Below, one piece after another: positions 19,617 to 29,300 of a DNA stretch of 64,000 bases. Position numbers and translations under genes: made by a program. Position 1 is the stretch's first letter. Each line of letters begins with the position of its first letter. The notes under the pieces were generated by a model that had not been told where the DNA came from, searched no databases, and was given only the letters and a program-made list of their open reading frames with translations. The stretch is from the IMG/VR virus record IMGVR_UViG_3300025617_000009, positions 32,001 to 96,000 of that record. One strand, given 5' to 3'. This DNA is from a virus.

Positions 19617-21052
19617 TGCAGTTTTTTTACGACGGTCAAATAAGAAGATATATCACTCAAATGGTAAGATTAATGAGCAACTTTTCTTATCAAGACGGTA
19701 GAGGAAATCTTACTCTAGTACCTGTACTATATGGAGATATGACTCGTCAAGTTGCTAATATTATTCGTGATAACTCTGAAAACAAGATTCCTAGTGCACC
19801 GAGAATGGCAGTTTATGTAACTGGTTTAGAAATGGATCGCAGTCGTACAGCAGATTCTAGTTATGTAAACAAAATAAACATTCGTGAAAAAGCATATGAT
19901 ACAGACGGCAACGAATATCTAAACATACAAGGTAAAAACTACACAGTAGAGCGTCTTATGCCTACGCCTTATACACTGTCAATGAATGTTGATATATGGA
20001 GTACAAATACAGAACAAAAACTTCAAATCTTAGAACAAATACTAACACTGTTTAATCCTAGTTTTGAAATACAAACTACAGATAACTATGTTGACTGGAC
20101 TAGTCTAAGTGTTGTAAATCTTGAAGGCACAACATTTTCTAGTAGAAGTATTCCAGTAGGTGTTGACAGCGACATAGATGTTGCTACTCTACAGTTTAGT
20201 ACACCTATATATATTTCACCGCCTGTTAAAGTTAAGCGTCTTGGAGTTATCACCGATATTATTACCAGTATTTTTAACGAAGAAGAAGGAACCATTGATT
20301 TAGGATTAACTTCACCACAGGTAAATGCATATGACGACAGTCCAGAACCTGGACGTACTAATGTAACCGAAGACGATGTACAAACTGACATGAACAATAG
20401 CGGTGTTACATTTAGCACAAACTATGCAGATCTTGGAGTGTACGTCGACGGTAATATTCTAAGACTTATTAGTAAGAACCAAATAGGAACAACAAACTGG
20501 CGCAATGTGTTAGATAATGTTTCGGGACAATATCAAGCAGATATTAGTCGTATATACCTTAGTAACTTAGATACAGGAAGTGTATACACAGGTACTATTA
20601 CTTTAAATGAGTTAGATGAAACACAACTTATTGTTAACTGGGATTCTGATAGTTTTCCTAATGATACAGTAATAGAAGGTCCTGCAAGAAACAGTGCTAG
20701 TTGGACTAGCATAGATTACATCATAGATCCTCAAAAGAAAAATCCTACAGATTTAAAAGCTGCAGGTGTAAGAATATTATTACTTAATAATATAGGCGAT
20801 GCGGCTAACACAGATGGGCCAGATGCTTGGAAGAACAACGACGGCACTGATTTTATAGGCGGCGAAAACGATATCATTGAATGGACTGGCACACAGTGGG
20901 TTACAGTATTTGATGCAAACGAAACCGCAGAAGCAACATACACTACTAACCTTAACACAGGTATACAGTACAAGTGGACAGGCGAATATTGGTTGTTAAG
21001 TATTGATGGAGAGTATCCAAAAAGTTCTTGGAGAATGGATCTCAACGGCTAA
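19616..21052 (+). CDS. gp15: Tail sheath stabiliser / tail terminator (T4 gp15-like) with C-terminal extension
   Basis: FFYDGQIRRY, VPVLYG, PRM, MPTPY.L, QILEQI..LFNP. Confidence 0.9.
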   Translation: MQFFYDGQIRRYITQMVRLMSNFSYQDGRGNLTLVPVLYGDMTRQVANIIRDNSENKIPSAPRMAVYVTGLEMDRSRTADSSYVNKINIREKAYDTDGNEYLNIQGKNYTVERLMPTPYTLSMNVDIWSTNTEQKLQILEQILTLFNPSFEIQTTDNYVDWTSLSVVNLEGTTFSSRSIPVGVDSDIDVATLQFSTPIYISPPVKVKRLGVITDIITSIFNEEEGTIDLGLTSPQVNAYDDSPEPGRTNVTEDDVQTDMNNSGVTFSTNYADLGVYVDGNILRLISKNQIGTTNWRNVLDNVSGQYQADISRIYLSNLDTGSVYTGTITLNELDETQLIVNWDSDSFPNDTVIEGPARNSASWTSIDYIIDPQKKNPTDLKAAGVRILLLNNIGDAANTDGPDAWKNNDGTDFIGGENDIIEWTGTQWVTVFDANETAEATYTTNLNTGIQYKWTGEYWLLSIDGEYPKSSWRMDLNG

Positions 21053-21059
21053 CTACTGT

Positions 21060-21497
21060 ATGACAGATAAAATCGTATGCAGCGGTGCTCTATTTTACAG
21101 CTTATCTACAAAACGTTTCTTATTTTTACATCGTACTCAAGGTAAAAACAATAATCTTTGGGGATTAGTTGGCGGAACCAACGAAGGTGAAGAAACTCCG
21201 TGGGAAGGTCTTAAACGAGAAATATCAGAAGAAATAGGCAATAATCACGAAGTTACAAAAGTTATACCTTTAGAAACTTTTGTAAGCAGTGACAGCAGAT
21301 TTTTATTTCATACATACCTTTGTCTTGTAAAGGAGGAGTTTATTCCCACACTTAACATAGAACATGACGGCTATTCCTGGGTGAGTTTTGGCAAATGGCC
21401 AAAGCCTCTACATCAAGGATTGCGTAATACTCTGAACAACAAAAACAATATTTCTAAACTAGAAACAGTATTCCGAGTAATCGATTTAACACAATAG
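21060..21497 (+). CDS. NUDIX hydrolase (likely start 21060)
   Basis: Nudix box GGTNEGEETPWEGLKREISEEIG; TAACTA box 4 nt before ATG 21060. Confidence 0.9.
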   Translation: MTDKIVCSGALFYSLSTKRFLFLHRTQGKNNNLWGLVGGTNEGEETPWEGLKREISEEIGNNHEVTKVIPLETFVSSDSRFLFHTYLCLVKEEFIPTLNIEHDGYSWVSFGKWPKPLHQGLRNTLNNKNNISKLETVFRVIDLTQ

Positions 21498-21509
21498 AAA
21501 GGACAACCA

Positions 21510-22334
21510 ATGCGTATCTTAGTAACAGGACACAAAGGGTTTATCGGACAAAATATCTCAAAATATTTAATACAACAAGGACACGAAATAGAAGGATGGG
21601 AATGGATTCCTAACACTGTACCAGATCCTAGTTCGTATGATTGGGTTGTACATTTAGGAGCAATCACAGATACTACTTGCAAAGATGTAGAACAAATTAT
21701 GGAACAAAATCTAGAGTTTAGTCTTAGATTATTACAAGTATGTGATATGACAGGGACAAACTTTCAATATGCTAGTAGTGCCAGCGTTTACGGAGATTTA
21801 AAAACTTTCAACGAAGAAGGACCGTTTTATCCTATGAATCCATATGCTTGGAGCAAATATCTTTTTGATAGATTTGTAGATCAACACATAGACGGATTTA
21901 CAATCAAAGTACAAGGATTTAGATTTTTTAATGTTTATGGAAATCATGAAGAGCACAAAGGAAATATGGCCAGTGTGTTTCACAAGTTTATAAAACAAGC
22001 ACGTACTACTCAAAATATTCAAGTATTTGAAAACAGTGAAAATTATTCTAGAGATTTTATTTGTGTAGACGATGTATGTGATATTATGTCTAAGTTTATG
22101 GACAAAGACGTAATGGGTGTTTTTAATCTAGGAACAGGTTCTGCAACAAGCTTTGCAGAGGTTGCAAAATATATTGCAAGAGTGTATAATAGTAGTATAC
22201 AAGAAATACCTATGCCAGATAACTTAAAGGCACAATATCAAAAGTTTACACAAAGTAATAATAACCTTTTATTATCTGAGCTAGGTGATTATAAGTTTAC
22301 ATCAATATACGAGTGGATAGATAAAAATGGATAA
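21510..22334 (+). CDS. hldD: ADP-L-glycero-D-manno-heptose 6-epimerase (extended SDR)
   Basis: TGHKGFIG, HLGAITDT, YASSASVYG, PMNPYAWSK, GFRFFNVYG.HEEHKGNMAS, SRDFICVDD match HldD/RfaD. Confidence 0.88.
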   Translation: MRILVTGHKGFIGQNISKYLIQQGHEIEGWEWIPNTVPDPSSYDWVVHLGAITDTTCKDVEQIMEQNLEFSLRLLQVCDMTGTNFQYASSASVYGDLKTFNEEGPFYPMNPYAWSKYLFDRFVDQHIDGFTIKVQGFRFFNVYGNHEEHKGNMASVFHKFIKQARTTQNIQVFENSENYSRDFICVDDVCDIMSKFMDKDVMGVFNLGTGSATSFAEVAKYIARVYNSSIQEIPMPDNLKAQYQKFTQSNNNLLLSELGDYKFTSIYEWIDKNG

Positions 22335-22716
22335 CCCGACTAGACTTTCTGGAGCAGTAAAAAAAGGCTGGGGATATGAGCTAATATTTGCAACCAACGA
22401 TTTGTACTGCGGTAAAATCATAGTTTTTGAAAAAGCTGGTGCAAAAACTAGTATGAACTTTCACAAAGAAAAAGACAAAACTTGGTTTATTAACTCAGGT
22501 AGTTTTTTATTACGAACTATTGAAACTAAATCTGCTACACTAATCACTAAAGAATTAAAGGAAGGCGATGCTTGGCACACTCCGCCATTAATTCCTCACC
22601 AATTAGAAGCATTAGAAGATAATTCTAGTTTAACAGAAGTAAGCACACCTGATTCAGTTGAAGATATGCATAGAATTAGTCAAGGCGATACACAACTCGA
22701 GGCTAAAAATGGTTGA
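22327..22716 (+). CDS. Cupin-fold (sugar isomerase/PMI type II-like) protein
   Basis: KGWGYE, YCGK, SMNFHKEKDKTW, PHQL, EVSTPD motifs. Confidence 0.75.
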   Translation: MDNPTRLSGAVKKGWGYELIFATNDLYCGKIIVFEKAGAKTSMNFHKEKDKTWFINSGSFLLRTIETKSATLITKELKEGDAWHTPPLIPHQLEALEDNSSLTEVSTPDSVEDMHRISQGDTQLEAKNG

Positions 22717-23326
22717 TATTGTTTGGAGTGGCAAAGACGATCTACGTTATAAAGATCCGAGCTGGATCGCTCCTAACGTAGTTGTAGGTTTAGATCGTGA
22801 CGGCGTACTTAATGAAAATGTCGAAGGATATTGTACTAAGCCTGAACAGTTCGTACCAATAGAAGGCAGTCTAGAAGCGGTTGCTAAACTTCGCAAACTG
22901 GGACATAAGACTGCTATTATTACTAATCAAGGATGTATAGAAAAAGGTATTTGCACTCAAGAAGATGTAGAGCGTGTAAACACCTATATGTTTGAACTAC
23001 TAGGCAAAGCAGGATGTCCTGTTGTTGATGCATTATATTTTTCTGCTAGTAGCCGCAAGGACGATGAGTGGGCTAAACCTAATGTTGGTATGTTTAAACG
23101 TTGTGAGCGAGAACACCCTCACATCAAGTTTAATAAAGGGTACTATGTAGGTGATAAACTTACAGATTTGAAAGCCGCTGTAAAAATAGGTGCTACGCCT
23201 ATTTTAGTTCGTACAGGACACGGCTTAGAAACAGAACAAGAACTGAATAAGTTTACATACAGAAAACTTAAAAAGGCAACAAAGATCTTTGACGATCTAC
23301 AATCATTTGTTGCCACTTTAAGTTAG
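22709..23326 (+). CDS. gmhB: D-glycero-D-manno-heptose-1,7-bisphosphate phosphatase (HAD IIIA)
   Basis: LDRDGVLN, ITNQG, AKPNVGM, VGDKLTD, LVRTGHG; co-operonic with hldD. Confidence 0.85.
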   Translation: MVDIVWSGKDDLRYKDPSWIAPNVVVGLDRDGVLNENVEGYCTKPEQFVPIEGSLEAVAKLRKLGHKTAIITNQGCIEKGICTQEDVERVNTYMFELLGKAGCPVVDALYFSASSRKDDEWAKPNVGMFKRCEREHPHIKFNKGYYVGDKLTDLKAAVKIGATPILVRTGHGLETEQELNKFTYRKLKKATKIFDDLQSFVATLS

Positions 23327-26300
23327 GCTTGCGCTTCGCCCCAACGTAGAATAATATTTGACGTTGTATCTGCACCTGATGTTTTATATACGTTAATAGC
23401 CAGTACATCAGGACCATTAGGGAATGTACCTCGCCCTCCTAAAGTAGTATTTGTCAATTCTTTTAACGTATCTAAGTTTAGATTAGCACGTTCGCCCGGT
23501 GTTGCAATAAACGAGAATACTGTTTCACCTGGTTGTGCATAAGGCGGTTCTACAAACTCTACAGTAATAGTACCCGTGCCAGCTACCAATGTTCCATTGT
23601 ACGAGTTATTGAATATTATTCTATAGTATATTGTGCCTGCAAACTCTTCTTCTGAAATACTCTGTATCTTTGTGTTAGCAGGGAAGTTACCAGCGGTTGT
23701 AGCAACAACATCTGTACCTACACTGGCGCCTGAGGCTGTTAATGATGCAGCAGTAGCAAGCATAAAGTTACGTCCTACAAGATCACCACCTCGAGAAAAT
23801 GTTATTGTCTCGCTGTCTTGGATTCTTCCACTGAACCGCTGATTTAGTCGAACAATATAGTTATTCTGCCAAGAGTTTTCTATTCGTCTTACCGTTGTGC
23901 CTGCAGGGAAAGTTGCGCCACCAGCTGCAGATACCAGACTATCACCTGCTTCTAATCCGATATTATTTACACTATCTCTAGTCATATATATGTAATCAGC
24001 ATTATTGGCATTCATAAAGAACGATGTAGTTGCTGTTCCTGTAATAGCAGACTGTGCTGTAATATTTGCTTGTACTGCACTTTGACCAGTTGACCATTGA
24101 ACAGAACCGCCTGCGGCAATCTGTGCAAAGCTAGGCTGACCACCTTGTGCTTCTGAGCTTAGTCCCGACCATACAATATTTGCTGGGTTATCTGGATAGT
24201 TTTGAGGATTAAGTACGCCTTCAACAACAATGCCACCTGTGATTGGTGCATTTGAGTTTGCAGGGTCGACACCGTCTGAACTGATTTCAATACCTTGAAT
24301 CAATAACTGGGCACGATTTAACAGTTCGCGTTCGCCTAAGTCACCTGTAATAGCGTTTGATACACTAGGTGCTAGACGCAACAAGAATGCTGTTTGTTTG
24401 ATTGTACTGACTGGAATACTCTGTTCTGTGTAAGAGAAAATATATCCACGATCTTCGTCAAAGTTACCATCTGTAATAAACGATGAACCCCAATGACTAA
24501 TAAGTGGTGTAATAGTGTTGCTTACTAGTACAACGCCAGTTCTATTAGAATGCGATGCTGCTGATCCTGCTGTATACGATCTTTGTGCTCCAGCATTAAA
24601 GTTTGTAAGGTTAGCACTTCTAGTACAACCAGTTAATCTATTATTATCAATATCCACACCAGTAAATGATATTAGCTCGTTGTCTATATACACTGTTCCT
24701 CCACTTGGTGGGAAGAAACTAGCATCTTGCAACGGTATAAAGTCTTGCGAAGGCGTCATGTCTGCACTTAATCGATCATTTGCACCTTCGTTGGTTACTT
24801 CATAACGTACAGGCAAGTTACCTGAACGCATGTATGCTTCAGTGTTTACGTTAGAGTTACGTATTCTGTGTGCGTATACAAAGTTACCGTCTGCACCGCG
24901 GACCATAAAATCAATAAAACCAGCACCATACCATGAATATTGAATACCAATCATCTGCATCTTAGCAGGATCAATGTTGTATTTACTAGCACCTGTGCCA
25001 TCTAATCTATCAAGGTTAAAGTCTTGTTGTCTAATCTTTTTATCTGTAATCAAACATGCTTTAGCACCTGAAATATTTACAACGCCTCGGAAATCTGGAG
25101 TGACTGTCATCTCTGTTTGTGAGGTTACACCTGAAATAACGTGTGTCATACCTTTAATAACAATTCTGTCGCCTGCTTTTACTTGGTCGCGGAATCGTGT
25201 GCCTGTACCTGTTACTAAACTACTGTCACTATCAATAGCAATAGTACCTGCTAGTTGTTTAGTAGATGTTCTTTGTACTACACTTAGATATGTTCCATCA
25301 TATTCCCAAAAGATTCCGTTCTGATCGTCAAAAATACCTGAACGTACAGTAGCACCATTCCACGCTACTGTAGATATTTGAGCGCCAAATCCGATAACTG
25401 GGTCTGTACTTCCCAATCTGTATTGTGCTGTAACTCTAAATGTTCTTTCGTTGACGATATCAGTAACAGTATAATCGTGATTGTATCCTGGAGTTTCTAC
25501 ACCAATAATGCGTATCTGACCACCTACTTGTAAGCCGTGATCGTTTTCATCAGTAGTAACTGTAATAGTTGATCCTATTTCTACGTTATCTGCTGAGATA
25601 CTTAAAATATCATAACTTGGTGCAAACAATGCACCGGTGGTATACATAATACCTTTACCTGATTGATAACGAATATATTTTTTACTTTGACGTATTGCTT
25701 GCGCACCATGTTGCGGACCGCCTGTGCCTAGTTGTACGCCGCCGTCATACGGTCTGTGAATAAAGAAGCTGTCAGGTTTAGGATAAATGTTGCCTGCAAT
25801 AACATCATTATCGTCAATGGCTCCTGGCGCTCTTGCTTGATATGTTAAAGTCAACGCATCTGGCACACTTGTAGCAATGTATGGACCGTTTGCAAGATTA
25901 TGATTGTTTACACCGTCGTCGGAGTTGATTACAACGTTAAATCCACTACCAGGTATTAATCCATGAGCAGTTTCAAACGTTACTAGAATAGTTGCAAGTG
26001 CGCTAAAACTAATAGTATCACCGTTGGTTATTCCGCCTACAGTAGATTCACTGAGTGTAACACTGCTAATAAAATCTAATGCAGCGCCTGCTACTGCTGT
26101 TCCTGAATCTGTAAATGTAACAATACTACCCGCTGAATCAACGTCAGTTACTGTAATTAGAATATCGTTAACACCGTCAACTCCACCCAAATCGTTACCA
26201 CTAATTATTAATCTATTACCAGTTTCATAACTTACACCTGTACTAACTAATGTTACAGATGTATATGATCCCGAATCTCGTGTTACGTTAAATGTTGCGC

Positions 26301-29300
26301 CGCTACCGTTAATAGTAATATTAGAGCCAGATACAGCAGTATATGTTCCGACGTCGCCGGCGGCAGTGCCTGTAAACGTAGAACTAGCAATGCTTCCGTT
26401 TGTTCCTATTGCTGTTACAGTTACTTCAATATCGTTAGTAGGACTAGCTCCTCCTACAGATGTACCTGGAATAATAACAGTCTGTCCAACGCCATAATTA
26501 ATACCTACATCTGCTTCAGTAACACTATAAACACCGTTAACAATATCAACATCCCATGTTGCGCCCGAACCTACGATATTATCTGCTGTTAATCCTAAAC
26601 CATTTACTACATCTCTATTAGCTGCTGTACCTGCAATAGAAAATGTTAGTATTTCTCCGTTTACATCTACAGTATTAACAGTAATTGTTAGATTATTAGT
26701 TCCATCATCGCCGCCAAGTTCACTACCTAATATAGTAATAGTATTAGTAGGAGCATAATCTACACCAGCAGCAAACAATGTTACAGAATATACATCAGCA
26801 TTTTTATCTATGTTAAACGATGCGCCTGTTCCAATACCATTAGTAGTACTTTGAGTTACAGCACTATAACTTTCAACAACATCTGGCGCAGTTCCTGTAA
26901 ATGTATATGATGTAATATATCCGCTACCATCTACACCAGTAACTGTTATAACTATATCGTTAGTTGTTACAGCACCGTTTGGTATTGTAACACCCGATAT
27001 CAATAGTTTATCGTTTTCTACATAGCCTGACATAGTTGGTAATGCCGTCCCCGAACCAGATATTGTAGAAATAGTACCCAACAATGTTGTTTCTGATCCA
27101 GCAGTTATTGCTGTTATATCTACGGTGAGGTCATTAGTTGGAGAAGATCCTCCTATTTGATCACCGGTGATCAAAATAGTCTGATCAGATGCATAGTTAG
27201 TGCCTGCATTATTAACTGTTACAACATATGAAGATGCTGATACTTCTACGTCAAATGTTGCGCCTGATCCTACAATGTTTGACGTTGATAAACTTTCCCT
27301 AGTTTCTTCGTCAACAGCAGTGCCTGAAACATTTACTGTTAATATTTCTCCGCCTACGTCAACAGATGAAATTGTGATAGTTACATCATTGGCAGGAGTA
27401 GCTCCACCTAATAAATCACCTGTAACTACTTTAGAATCACCATTGGTATAACCACTACCTGCGTTTGTAATATTTACTAGGTAGTTTTGATTATCTGTTG
27501 TAATATCAAATTGTGCATTAGTGCCAGTGCCTGTATCAAAGTCTAATCCGCCATATAATCTACTAGTACTAGGTGCACCTGATGAATCATATGTAAATGT
27601 TGTTATTGCGCCGGTACCATCTACTCCTGTAACTTTAATATAGAGATCGTTAGCAGGAGTAGTTCCTCCTAGATTACTACCAGTTATTTGAATTATATCA
27701 TTTACTGCATATCCTGAAGTTGCCGCTCCAGAAAGTTGTACGTCACTAAATCCCGTACTAGACCATGTTACATCAAATAATACACCAGATCCGTTTCCTT
27801 GCTGTGTAGTTCCTGTGACATTTGTATACGTAGGATTGGAAGTGTCTAAACTATAAACATTGTCTTCCCAAGTAACATCAAAACTTGCACCTGCGCCATT
27901 ACCATGCTGATAGTTGCCTTCTATACTGGTGTACGAAGCATTACCGTCAAATGCTGCGCCAGCAATAGTAGCAGTAAGGATTCCTCCTGAAGAATCTACA
28001 GTCGATATTGTAATAGTTGCATCGTTGGTTGACGATAATCCGCCTAAGTCTGCTCCGTCTACAAGTATTTCTTCGCCAGCATCATAATTTGTACCTGCTT
28101 GAGTTATTGCATCTATTGTATAAGATCCACCGGCTCTGCTAATGGTAAACTCTGCGCCAGAACCAATGACTAAATCAGCAGATGCATTTACTCCGATGTA
28201 ATCTACAACATTTCCTATAATAGTCGAACTAAGTTCATCTGATAAATTTACAGTATTTCCTACTACGTTTAATACAGTAACGCCAACGCCGTCTCCGCGG
28301 TCTACTGCTAGTCCTGGCAGAATTCCTGTTACACTGTCTACATTAACAGAAGTCGATCCTGCCGGAGCATCGTTAGTAACATTCGGAGATACAACTGTTC
28401 CTCCAGCACCTACAATACCAGTTACCTGTGTACCTTGATTTATACCATTACCACTTAACGGAGAACCTATTTCTGGCACGTCATCTTCAAATGGTATAAA
28501 ATCACTTCCAATAGGAACATTTAATGCTGCTGTCATTACACCACTGCTGCCTTGACTATCAATAGTAAACTCTGGGCTACCAATAGTAGCTCCTGTATAG
28601 AAACCTGCTTTTCTAAGAACGGTAAAGTTTGTAGCCATTTCTTCACCAGAGGTTGTTCCTACTTTTGCTTTTGCTAGGTATGTGAACTCGTTCGTAGCCG
28701 GTGTACTTGTAACAATAAATGTTCCTTCTGCTCTTGCAGCACCTACAACACCTAAATCTAATGCTTTGACTACAACAGGATCGCCTTCTTCTAATGTATG
28801 AGCACCAGCAGTTGTTACTGTAATAACACTAGAACCTACGCCCTGAGATCCAATACTCGCATCCGTAGTAGCACTTGTAATATTAAGTTCTGTACCTACT
28901 ACTTCATAAGTTGAAGGATATCCACGTAGTGTGCCAATAGCACTCCACTTAGTAGGCTGTAAACCGTATTCAAAGTCAGCATCAAGCATCGACAACGGAG
29001 GTGCAACACGCATACGTTCAATGGCGTCAGTTCCAAAGTCAAATGGTCTTGTTCTTAGTTCTTTTTCGTCTATGAATATTTGAATATCGTCTGCAGCATC
29101 TTGTCCTGTTGTATCAGCAAATAGATTTACAATAGTAACAGCGTCTGTTTTATCTAAGAACTTAGGAAAATCGTCATCTTCTTCTGTGTGGTACTCTAAG
29201 AAACCTCCTAGTTCTGCTTTAGCAAAGTTGTAAATAATCTCACCACGATCAGTGTTTGTCATTAACAAGAAATCAGCGTTATTATAATTACCTATAACTT

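Noticed and set aside
18438-22708. Longer track starts for gp14 (18438), NUDIX (21003) and gmhB (22658)
   Set aside because: They overlap promoters or upstream genes; downstream ATGs at 18453, 21060 and 22709 fit promoter spacing or translational coupling better
21510-23326. Host chromosomal LPS locus / prophage boundary
   Set aside because: The genes are tightly packed against or overlap phage structural genes on both sides and have similar composition; no integrase, att site or host housekeeping genes seen
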